NCBI GenBank assembly: GCA_028534125.1
Contig: CM052816.1
Span: forward strand, 33,606,001 to 33,670,000
DNA: 64,000 nt
From: Lama glama
Taxonomy: Eukaryota
Direction: 5' to 3'
Under the pieces are notes generated by a model. It was given only the letters and a program-made list of their open reading frames with translations, did no database searches and was not told where the DNA came from. Shown in pieces: positions 39,347 to 52,700 of this stretch. The position numbers and the translations under genes are program-made. Numbering within the stretch: the first letter of the stretch is position 1; the number at the start of each line of letters is the position of its first letter.

Positions 39347-40723
39347 ATTCTATGAGTGATCACTGTAGGCTGTGAGTTAAGAACACAGGTTCTAGAAGGA
39401 ATCATTCCAGGTTCAAATTCCAGCTCTTCTATTTACTAGTTTTACTGATTTTAGACATATTATTACTCATTACATTTAGCCTCAGCCTCCAATTTATTGT
39501 CTATAAAAAGAGGCTAACAATACTCCATATTACAGGACTGATGTAAATATAATATAATATGTGCCAGGCAGAGAGCCTGGAACAAAGCAAGCACACAAAA
39601 AATGTTAGCTGTAATTATTATTACCATTACTATTGCAACAGCTACTCAAAACTGTGCAGGTAAATTTAAGAAGCTTGATAGAATCTCTATGGCTTAGAAA
39701 TAAAAGCTTATGAGTGGATTTCTGTACTACAGAGAACAGAGTATACTTACAAAGAAGTTTGTACAAAATAGGTTCAAATGTAGAATTATACTTTTAATAT
39801 GGATTTTCAAAAGCAGAGGCATCCATTAAAGTCTATTAAAACTAATAGATAAGTTCAGCAAAGTTATAAGACATAAGATCAATATGCAAAAATCTATTTT
39901 ATTTCCATACATTAGCAATGAACAATCCAAAATGAAATTTAAAAAAAAATTCTATTTACAATAGCATTGAAAAGAATAAAATACTAGGAAAAATTTAACC
40001 AATGAGGTATGAAGGTTGTACACTGACAACTACAAAGCGCTGCTGACAGAAACTAAAGATCTAAGCAAATGGAAGGACATCCTATATTTATGGATCAGAA
40101 GTAATATTAAGATGGTAACACTCCTCAAATTGAGCTGTGAAATCAACAAAATCACTATCAAAATCCTAGCTGCCTCTGCAAAAACTGACAAGCTGATCCT
40201 AAAATTCATACGGAAATGCAACAAACCAGAATAGCCAAAACAACATTGGGAAAAAAAAAAAGAACAAACTTGGAAGATTCAATTTTTCTGTTTCTAAAAA
40301 ACTTACTGCAAAGGTACCATAATCAAGACACTGTGGTACTGGCATAGAGACATAAAGAACAATGAAAGAGAACTGGGAGTCCAGAAATAAGCCCTCACAT
40401 TCATATCCAATGATTTTTGGCAAGGGTGTCAAGACCTTTCAACAGGGCAAGAACAGTCTTTTGGACAAATGATGCTGACACAACTAGATATCCTAATGCA
40501 GAAGAATGAACTTAGACTCCCTACACGGTATCATACACAAAAATTAACTCAGAAAGGGTTACACACCTAAATTGAAGAGCTAAAATTATGAAACTCTTAG
40601 AAGAAACCACAGGAGTAAATCATTATGATCCTGGGTTATGCAATGTTTTTCAAAAATCACAAGGAGTTAAAAAAAAAAAAAACGATGGGCTGGACTTCAA
40701 AATTACCCCTCCTTTCTTTGCTC

Positions 40724-40762
<39 letters not shown>

Positions 40763-43700
40763 ATTGAAGTATAGTCAGTTTACAATGTCAATTTGTGGTG
40801 TACAGCACAATACTTCAGTCATATAGGAACATACATATATTCGTTTTCATATTCTTTGTCACCATAAATTACTACAAGATATTGAATATAGTTCCCTGTG
40901 CTATACAGTATAAATTTGTTGTTTATCTATTTTATGTATATTAGTTAGTATCTGCAAATCTAGAACTCCCAATTTATCTTATTCTACCCCTTTCCCCACT
41001 GTCAACCATAAGTTTGTTTTCCATGTCTGTGAGTCTGTTTCTGTTTTGTAAATAAATTCATTTGTCTTTTTTTTTTTTTTTTTTAGGTTTCAAACATACG
41101 TGATATCATATGGTATTTTTCTTTCTCTTTCTGGCTTACTTCACTTAGAATGACATTCTCCAGGTCCATCCGTGTTGCTATAAATAGCATTATTTTATTA
41201 TTTTTTATGGTTGAGTAGTATTCTATTTATAAATATACCACAGCTTCTTTATCCAGTCATCTGTCGATGGACATTTAGGTTGTTTCCATGCCTTGGCTCC
41301 TGTAAATAGTGCTGCTATGAACACCGGGGTGCATGTATCTTTTTGAATTATATATGCTGCTGTGAACACCAGGGTGCATGTATCTTTTTGAATTAGAGTT
41401 CCCTCTGGATATATGCCCAGGAGTGGGATTGCTGGATCATATGATAACCATGTCTATTTTTAGTTTTTTGAGGAATCACCATACTGTTTTCCATAACGGC
41501 TGTAACAAACTACATTCCCACCAACAGTGTAAGAGGGTTCCCTCAAAATTAAAACCCCTTATGCTGAAATGATATCAACAAGAAAAGGAAATGACAGCCC
41601 ACAGAATGGGAGAAAATATTTGCAAATCACTTATCTGATAAGGGGCTTGTATCTAGAATATATAGAGCTATTACAACTCAAGAATAAAAAGATCAATAAC
41701 CCTATCAAACAATGGGCAAATAGTTGAGCAGGTATTTCTCCAAAGATAAACAAATAGCCAATAAGCACATGAAAAGATGCTCAACATCATTAAGTCACAT
41801 GGGAAATGCAAATCAGGAACTACAATGATATATACTACATACTCACTAGGATAGCAATAATCAAAAGAATCAGCAATCACCAAGTATTGGCTAGGATGTA
41901 TAAAAAATGGAATCCTGCTGGTGGGAAAAGAAAATGGTGCAGCCACTTTAGGGAACAAGTTGGCAGTTCCTCAAAAATGTTAAACAGAGACTTACCTAAC
42001 AATTCCACTCCTAGGTACAAACATAGAAAAACAAAAACCTGTGTCCACACAGAAAATTTTGTGTACTAATGTTCACAGCAACATTATTTATAATAGTCAA
42101 AAAGTAGAAATAACATAAATGTCCATCAATTAACCAATGGCTAAAGAAAATGTGGTTTATCCACAAAATGAAATGTTATTCAGCAATAAAAGGAATAAAG
42201 TATAGACACATACTATAACATGGATGAACCTTAAAAAATGCTAACTGAAAATCACAAAGACCGTATATAGTATGATTCCATTCCAGTATGATTCTGAAAT
42301 GCCCAGAATAGGCAAATCTATAGAGATAGAAAGCAGATTGTGGTTGCCTAGGTTAGGGAGAAGGGAAAGGGGAAAAGTGAGAAATTGCTAGTGGGTACAG
42401 GGTTTTTTTTTGAGGTGATAAGAAAGTTCTAAAATTAGATTGATTAAATTTTGGTGATAATTGCACAACTCTATAAATACACTAAAACTCATTAACTTGT
42501 ATACTTTAAATGAGTGAAGATTTTGGTACGTGAATTATATATCAATAAAATGTTTTCTGAAACAGCAGAGGCAATAATTCTGTAAACCAAACTTGACATC
42601 ATTTCTCTATAGCTTTAAGCCTGAACTCAATAGAAGACTTACATATTATCAAAAGAAAACAAAATAAAATTTCAAAAGGTGAAGAAATTATAAGTAAATA
42701 CTGGCATTTAAAATCTGTGTTTTAAAAAGGCTTCAACAGGACTCAATTAGACAAACATAAGAAAATAAGAAATAAAGAATTTAAATTACTTATACATCTA
42801 TAGCTTATTGAGGATTTAGGTAAGTCTTATTCCTATACTGAAAGAAAAGGAAGGAAGAAATCTTAAGATTCATATTAATTGAATATAGTACTGTATAACT
42901 CAACGTAATTCAGGTAAGAAAAAAAGATAAATGCTAAAATCCTCCTCAAAGGGTATTCTGAGTAATTCATCAGAAAAGTTAACAGTATACCACATCTAAC
43001 TAAGCAAAGCTTAACTTAAACCTAAAATAATTCCATACAAGTTGGATAACTTAACACTATTAGGAAATAGTTTCAAAATGTTAAAATACGCTCTTTGTTC
43101 TTTCAATATTATCATTAATAAATGAGTATAACAAGATAACCCCAAGACAGTTTTACAAGAGAAAATGCTCTTGTAAACAAGTTCACTTACTGTTGCAGTT
43201 ACATCATCTTTCTTCAGCTCTTTTGGCTTGAGAAAATAAGCACCTATCGTAGATCTTTGATAGTTCCAGGTTGAACAAGATAGCTTACCCTGATGGCAAG
43301 CGATAATACCATCCCAGTCACTTTCACGAGCTTCCTCTAAAACATAATTAAAATCATAAATCAAACTGCTTCTCATTCCTCACTCATTCATTCACCTATT
43401 ATTTATTAAGCTTTAATAGTTTATGTTGTAATTAGGCACTAGAGACAGGATGGTAAACAGGTAATTCCTGATAACAATGAGCTTCTAATCTAACAAGAGA
43501 TTCTGATTAGAGGAAATTACAATAAAGTATGATAGCTCTTATATCAGCACTCAGGAAGAGTTTACTAAGAGGTTTAGGGAGAGTAATAAATGGTTTCTTG
43601 AAAGAAACAGTAAACTAGCAGAAATTAGTAGGAGCGGGTGAGACACACACAGGCCTAACGGTAAACTTGAACAAAGTTAAGCACAGCAAGTAAGTAAAGT

Positions 43701-46700
43701 ACTTTCTTGAGAGGAGTGGGAGGAGGGCAAGGCCACTGGGCCACACTACCATGAGTCTTGACAGCCATGTTAAGGAGAGGAGATTCCACCCAAAAGGTAA
43801 CAAAGGGTCAATGAAAAATTTTAAGCAGATAGATGACATAATTCATATGTTTTAGAACGATCACTCAGGCTCTAAGGTAGAAAATAGACAGGAGGGTGGT
43901 CAAAATTAAAGTTAAAAAAAAAAATACCAGTCAGGTTGTTTCTATAACCTTGAAATGGAAATGGTGCCTATATAGTCATTTCTAGGATAGCTTTCTCTCA
44001 ACAATCTTATCACCTATCTACATTTTTCTTAAAATCATTTTTTTGAATGAAGCACTGCTCAAATGACAGTATACTAAGACCTCAGTGTATGCAGATCTTT
44101 ATTAAATTAGCCAGAGCCCCATGTTCTCAGTTCTTACATTTTAACATTAGTGACTTTTACTATACCAAGCATATAATGGAATAAAAAGGGCTAAAAAATT
44201 AAGTATCAAATATTACTTATTAATAGTTTATACAGAAGAACAAAGCCTAAAATTAATAGATAACAAGTTCAAATTATAAATTACTCATTTTCAGTCTTAA
44301 GATTAGCATGCACTTGGGATGAATTCTGGATTCTTACTAATATTTGCAAAAACATTTATTAATATGGAAGAAATAAATGTATTTGAGTTACCCTCCAGAT
44401 GCTTATTAATTTTGTAAAAACATTTATTAAAATGACAGAAATAAAGAAATACATAGGAGGAGATAAATGACAGACCAGAACTCAAAACACAGTATGAAGT
44501 TACTTACCAGCTGCAAACTTAATGATGGGTGGAAGTCTCACTGACATGGCATTCTGAAGTCCTTTACGTTTGACTCTCTTTTTATTTATTAAACCTGGGG
44601 TTAGGGGGAGATGAGAATATAACTATGAATATTTCTTAACAAAAATGTACATAAAAGAAAAGCTATTCAATGTCATATAACTATAAAGTTCAAGATATTC
44701 CCATTTAAGTCAGGTGCAAAATGAAGATGATGGTTATTACCACTATTACGAGCGTTACTAAAAATTGCAGTTAGAAATATAAATGAATAGATTGCATTCA
44801 CAATATTAGCAAAAAAATTAGCAAATTAAAATATGTAAAATACCATTGAGTAATCTTAAATATGTACAACCAACAGGAGGAAAACTAAAAAAAAAATCAC
44901 TGAAGAATATTAAAGACAACCTGAATGAGGATATATTTCTATATATGGTAACTCTTAAAGATATCAAATTTCTCCAATTTGATTCTAAGAGGAATTATTT
45001 TGGATATGGACTTTAAAATGATCCTGAAATTCATCTGGAATTATATACATGCATGAATAGCCAGGATATTAACTTACAAAGAAGAGTAATTACAAATAAA
45101 ATGGAACATTTTTGTTTAATAACAAAATCTTTCAAATGATAGAAATCATGTGAAGTGATAGAGAATAAAAAGAGCCCTTTTTGCAAAAAGATGAGACTCC
45201 TTACTTTGATGATTTCTCTAGGCTCCCTTCCACCTTTAAAATTCTGAATTCCACAGATGGCCCAAGTAAGATCACTGTCTTTTGGGTGGTAGCAGTATGT
45301 TTTTACCACCTAAGACATTTTTTACTATCTAAGATGTCTAACTCCTCAATAACTTAATAGCAGCACCTCAGCCACTTCCATAGGAATATTAATCTTAGGA
45401 ATCTTACTACTACTCTCATATAAGGGATTTTTACTTCAACTAGGAAAGAGAAAATTTATCAGTGAAATTTCTTTTGGTTGTCTCACAGGATCCTGAAAGA
45501 TTTTTTTGTGTGTGACCAGCAACTTTTTTCCATCTTGCAAATCACCTACCATGTCCCAAGCTCTTGTTAAATTTCTCATGTATTGTGGAAAATGACTGAA
45601 GAGTTCCATCTTGACCTGTTGATACACACAGAAAATGCCCAACAAGGCTTCATCAAAACAATGGACCATTTGAATCACAGCTCTTATAAAATCAGATTCT
45701 AGAAAAAGCTTGGTTACAGTGTCCAGCATTTTAAAAGAGCTGATTGCAACTACCTAATTTATAATATTCAATTGCACAGAGAATGCCATTTAGTAAATAC
45801 AAAGGATAAAATGAGGTACTAATAACTGTTAGCAGATTATTTGAATAGGCAAGAGCCACATTTTTAGAATTTGCCCATTCTGTCTCTGATGATCAGTAAA
45901 CAGAATGACACTCCAAATGAAAATATCAGCTACAGCATTTCCTGAAATATTAAAAACATTCACCTCATTTTACCCAGATTTTCGAGTTACTCAAAGGGAC
46001 ATTTAAATCTAAAAATGTGTTAACACCAAACCTAATAAATATTAAGCACTTTGTCCCCAGTGCTTGCTGGAATAAACTATTAGCATAAAGCAGAAACTCA
46101 CTTGCACTAAGAATTTGTTGTCCATTTTGTCCATAATATCTTATTTTGGTAAGAGGAGCACTGTGTCCCATTCTGAATCTCAAAAGCCGGCCTTCACCTG
46201 TGGGACCATCAAATATCCATATCTGCCAAGAGATAAAAACGTAAGGTTCCTCCACAATGTATTAAGTGATCTGCAAGCAGTCAAGTCACCTTCTACATAA
46301 ATCAACTGGCATTGGCCAGTGCTTGCAGACAACTGACCCTGAGTGGGGCCTGAGGAAAAGATAAGCTGTGATCCTCTCACTTCACTAAAATCATGTAACC
46401 TGCTATGATTTTTGTTTCATCTATATCAATATCTTATACCATATTCCTTTTATCTTCTAGGTTCCAGGCTGATACATTAAAGCAGGCTTATAACAGATGA
46501 GCCAAGAAAGATAACAATAATAATCACAGTACCCTGAGAGCATTGTCAGCACCATTTGTGACAAGAAGTGGCTCTCTATGGAGAAATGTCAGTCCGGCAA
46601 TTGCTGTAGAATGTGCATTTCTCATTTGATTGATTAACTTCTTGTCTTCTAGATCCCAGAGTCCAATATGGCCACATGGGCTTCCAGCTGCCATTATAGG

Positions 46701-49700
46701 ATGACCATCTATTATTAAAATAGGATAATATTAAGAAAAACATGTATCATAAAACAATTAATCTTAACAATTCCTCTCTCCACCCTTTTAATCCATAAAT
46801 ATAAATTTTAAAAAGACTATACACCAATAATCTATCAATATTTCTTTGGCCTTTTAGATTCCAGTATTTCATTCATTTCTATTAAACTGTAAAAAAAATA
46901 TCTAGTAAGAAAATTTCTATGGGCTTCGAAGTAAAATTTTAAATGTTCTTAACTCTTGTCAACAAACAAGGTAAGAGTTACCTGTGCGAAATGAAATCGA
47001 AGTAATAGGTCCCCAGTCTTGACGAAACTTCATCAATGTTTCATCAAACTTAATGTTGTGAATTATAACCTGACCCGACATAAGACCAACAGCAACAACA
47101 TCCACAGCTGGTGCCTGAAAATTAAATTACTCAACTTTTAATATTCTTAAGCAAATGGCTTTAATAATTCTGATGATATATACCACTACATAAGTGTTAT
47201 CAAAAGAAATAATGGAATATCTTCCTGGAGGTGGCAAAAACAGGAAGTACTACCATTCAGGCATACTTAACTGTCCTATTTTGGGGGGGGGGATGAGGAA
47301 GGTAATTAGGCTTATTTACTTATTAATTTTAACAGAGGTACTAGGGATTGAACCCAGAACCTCGTGAATGTTAAGTACACACTCTGTAGCAATGAGCTGT
47401 ATGCTCCCTTCCATTCTGGCATACTTTAATTGATATTTGGCATGGAAAGATTTAGGGATGATTTTTCCAAGTTACTTCCCAGCTTCAAATCTGGTAGTTA
47501 TCATCACCACCCTGCCCCCAAAACATAGCTGACTTGGTAAGAAAACAGCCATAATACAAAAGGAAGATGGTGTGTGAAATCACTCCAAATCTATGACTGG
47601 ATGGAAACAGAAAAAAGAGGTAACTCTAAGAAAATATATAAAGGCTTGCCACATGCATGGCAATGTAAAAGGCCAACTACAAAAGAAGAGTTGTTTTTTA
47701 AGGAAAACAGGAAAAACCTATAAAACATGTTAAAAGGCATTTTAAATTTTAAAATTAGTCTGTTCCAGCTCTAGTAATCTATGATTATAATCTTCATTTT
47801 ATACAACAGTCTTATATACAGACTCTACAATAAATTTCTCTATTTTAGCACAGAAGATCAATGTCCAGCACATTACAAAATGGAATCAGGCTAAACATTT
47901 TATTAATTTGCCATCAATTTACTACTATGCATGAGACCCTGTGTAGAAGCTGGGGACACTAAAACAAATATGATCCTTTGCCCTCAAGGGACCTAATCAT
48001 CTGCTACCTTTGGGGTCTTCTGGGTAGGTAAAGGTGGAGCAAGGCTAATGGTAGTGAGAGGGAATAAAGGAACATATATAAATTTGGCAGGTATAAGCAG
48101 TGGATATTTAAAAAGACAAGGGTACATGGGCTGTACATATGTCCAAAATACAAATAAGATTCTCTGCAGACATGCAGTCATTTATTCACACATGTCTTAC
48201 AGACTCATAAAAGCAAAAAGCAGTTATTTCTGGAAGAAGCCAGCAATTAATGAATTATTAAGATTTGGGCCATCAATTATCTCAAGCTACAAATCTCAAC
48301 ATCCTGACAAATTCCTCTATATACCTACAATCTCCCTTGCTTCACTGAAAAACTCATCTCCACTCTGCACAAGGCACTGGACTATATGCTTGCAAAATGA
48401 CTAGTAAACACAGCTGCATAGCAACCACAGATTTAGAGCCTAATTCTAGGCAAAAAGGTTTCCATAAACATTTATAGAAAACAGCTCTGTTTTCAATTAC
48501 ATTTCTAAAACACTATTTGTACAGTAATATTTATAAAGATAAACTAGTCTCTATATTATTTTGTCTTTAGGTCTAAAAATACAGTTGGCCCCTGAAACTG
48601 AAAGATCCTACTGCAAACTTCATTTCTTCTTTAACTTAACAGAAAAATACTAACCTGCTGAAGTGCTGTCACTCCAACTTTCCATCCCGCAAATGTATAC
48701 AGAAGTTTACTACAAGAAGAAAAATTGTTGAAAGCTATTTTTTTTTGGAGAAAAACAAAATCAATTACATATTTTAAAAAATCAAATAATAACAAGTGAT
48801 ATTTAGTAAGTTCTTACTCTCCCCCCAACTATTCTAAATATACAAATTAATATATTTGATACTTAAAACAATTCCATGAAGCAGATATTACCATTTTGCA
48901 GATAAAGAACCTAAGAAACTTAATTATGTGAAAAAATTAAGCAAAAGTCACATGACTAATATTGACAGAGTCCAGAGAGACCAATTTCAGATCCTAAGCT
49001 GCTAATAACTATTATACTGTACAAACTCTTTAAAAAATTAAATAGACAAAAAAATTAATGAGTAAAAACCGTATTATATTACATATATTACAATTTTTCA
49101 AAAAAGAATATTGGCAGATCTCATTTTTCACTACAATGCATTTCTACAAAAGGGAATATATCATAACTACAATACTCCTTGTATGTTATATGACTGTTAT
49201 ATGTAGATGCTGCTCTACATTTCAGAATCAAGCAGAGATACCTAAAATTGCTAAAATGACAATCAATGAGATTTAATTATATATTAAATTCTTTAAGTGG
49301 CACAGATTAGGTCACTCAATGATTATCCAAGGGATATTTAATGTACAATAGAGAGTATAATGATCACATGAAGAACCTAGAGATAACCTTGAGGCAGAGA
49401 CTATTTCAGCCATTATCCCTGAGCCTAGTACAGAGTAGGCAGTCAATGATACTTGTTAAACTGAACAGAAACACTGATTTAAAACTAAAAACTAGGATAA
49501 ATGTTAGACCTCAGAAAATCTTATTTTCTCTTTCAAATTTATAAGGGATTTGGAAAGGACAATTTGGATGGTCAAATATTTTTGTTTGCCTGTTAACGCT
49601 GTACAAACAAACTTAGCTGCCACTTTTTTCTCTGGATAAATGTTCAAATAATAGGCAAAGGTACTCTAAATCATTGATCTAGCCCACCAGCCATACTAAT

Positions 49701-52700
49701 ATTATAGTAGATATCCATCATGTTTGTGGTTGATGATTAAAGTACTTTTACCCTGAAAACCATCCTAAATGCAAGCACTAAATGAACACCAATTGCTTTG
49801 CCTTCTTACCTTATCAGTGTATCAAAAACTAAAAGCTGCCCAGTGACAGTCTCATAATTATTTCTGATCTTACGTACCAGAGCCTTCTCTACAGCTATAT
49901 GAACTCTTCACAGTGACTAAAGCTATTAGTATATACTTTTCAACGAGCATTAATGAAGCTGTCTACCACGTGACAGGACCATATCCTAGCTTTCACATAT
50001 GAGATGCTGTGAGTAACAACTCCAAAAACACATCAATTTACTGAAAGCCCTCCAAATAAACATATAAAAGCTGGGAGAACTGAGACTCAAGTACGCATTA
50101 GGCATAAGGATAACGATAGATAAGGATAGATAAGAATAAGGTAGGAATCACCTATGTTTATGTTCTAAATAAAGTGCTTACTTGGATTTTACATTCCACA
50201 ACTGGAGGCTTCCTTGTTCACTGCCAAGAAGTATTTTATTCAAGTAGGTACTCGGATGCAAAATTGCAGAAATTTTAAATACTGATTTATCAAAAGACAA
50301 CTGCAAGTATTCCTCTACAAAAGTAAAAGTTATACATAATATGTAATCATTTTTATAAAACACTTAAAAATATTTTTTATATACCCACATATTTAGCACT
50401 TAAAGTCCACTATATTAGACTTCTGTACTAATATAAATCAAAGACTGACACACTAATCTATAAACATTCCCTGAGTAATTAAACAAATGTGATGAGGGGC
50501 AACTTGCAAATGCAATTGAGACTGTCAATTTTCTATAAAATGATTATAAATCAATAAAAAATGTTAAAAAAAATTTTCTAAAAGTTCTAATATCAGTATC
50601 ATTAAAAATTTCACTCACTGCCAAATTGGTTTATAGGAATGAAAAGGATTTTCTTAAATGACACTAGGGATCATTGTCAGTAGTTTTATAATTTGATCAA
50701 GAGGCAGTGAATGTTCCAAGTAAATTGCCTGTACTGAGCTGAGCTCTTCCCAGGAGTGGAGGGCTGGGAAGCTTGATATCTAGAGAGTTTGATGGGCCCC
50801 TCAGACATGCAAAAAGCCGGAGGTAAACCTCAGTGAAACTAAGAACAGTGCTCCTCACATTTCCACAGGAGAACCTCTAACAGAAGAGACAAAAAGTACT
50901 TATAACACTGTGAAGTGGGGAATGGCACAGCCAGCTATCACTTGCTACAAGATCAAAATATTTTTTGAAATCTTACATATGTTTAAAATTCCCATATGTG
51001 AATTTTGGGGTTTTTTTGATTCACAGTTCATCCATTCATTAAATTTCCCAATAAACTAGAATATCAGAGAAGGTATACTTCTCTTAATCTTTAGTTTCGC
51101 ATACTATCTTGCTGCTGCATGCTCCCACAGGTATGTGTATCCCAATTTAAAGAGCAAGGATAGCACTTGAGAATTACACAAACTTTACCTTAAATGCTAT
51201 TTTAAAAGATTCTTGCCTCTGTTTGTAACTAGCAGTTTTACTTAATCTGACTACAAACAGCTTCCGAAAGACACTGGTTCAACGTGCTGCTGCAACAGTA
51301 ACAAAAAGCTAGACATCAGCATCAATAGAAAGCCTGCTGAACTGTAAGAATTAGATTCTCCTACTTTATAAAGACTTTTAACATCCATCTGCACAGGGAC
51401 TACTTTTGGAATTCTGTTCCCTCCACTTCAGCAAAGACAAAGCAAAGAGTGACTAATCTGAACAAGAATATGGAATGACACCCAGAAGGGCAGTCTCTAG
51501 AATGTTTACTACTTTATCAAGCAATGAGTTAATCAAGAGATAACAAACCCTAAAACTGTAAACACAGTGAAAAACTTAAAAGCTTTCATTCATCAAAGAT
51601 CCCAGAGTTTTTTACTAGAAAAAGCTGGGGATATTCTGGTGACAAATTCCTAACCTTTGACGGTAACAGGGTCCCATAAACATAGCTCAATGATACTGGT
51701 TAAGAATATCACAGTTAAAGGACACTGACTCATACGCTTAGAAAAAGGATGTATATTTTCCTTCAGGTTACTGGATCAAGTTTACTATAACAATCTCACT
51801 TACTGAAAGTTGAAAATACAAATCAAGTATTACTCAGGAGTGAACATATACCAAAATTCACCCCACAGAGAAAATAATATAACATGTCACTAAACTTGGA
51901 AAACTGCAATGCAATGTACTAGCTTCAGATAAACACATTAAATAGGTTATAAACAGCTCAATTAACTGACTAAAAATGTGTATCTTTTTTTACTTAGAAT
52001 CTTTTTCCTTATACATGTAAAAGATTTCTAAAAACTCTTCACTGCTTACATGTGAAACCTCTGGTACAAAAGTTATGTTTACATGGATATTTAATTTTAG
52101 CTATATACACACTATCCCAAGATAAAAGCAGTAAATTGGTTCTTACCTTCTGAATATATGTGCCAAATAATAAGAATGCTGTCAGTATCGACAGAGATAA
52201 CATGGTCCCCAAATGGTTGCAGAAGATGGATTTCTGCTTTGTGACCCTTAAAGGTATGCACTACCTACAATGTCAAAGTTCAAAAGAATTTCATATTATT
52301 ACTCAGTCATCATGTATTATTATTTGTATTAACCAAAAAATAAGATAATCTTAAAGATGCTCACATTAAGAAATGTGGTCCAACTTTTGATTATCCAAGT
52401 TTACACTAACAAATAGCAAGGAACCAAGCATTTTTACCTGCTCCCCTAACCAGTCCAATCAGGAAGCATGGGCTGGGAACACAGAAATGAGACCTCTGAG
52501 GCTTAGCTTCTCAACTGAGCTTAGGGAGGAGGCATGCACACAGCTGGGTCCCTCACCCAATCCAATTAGCCAAGTCCATGCATTCTAGAAAACTGTTCTG
52601 GAAGGCTGACGTCTGCAGCCATCACTGCTGGCTTCCCCATGAGACAAGGGAGAGATATAGGATACTTCTTCCCTATAGCATTCTGTTTTGACAGGGAGAC

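Noticed and set aside
40016..42069. Several 64-95 aa ORFs in intron 12
   Set aside because: Fragments of degraded L1 ORF2 or its antisense strand; also applies to 28555-28839.
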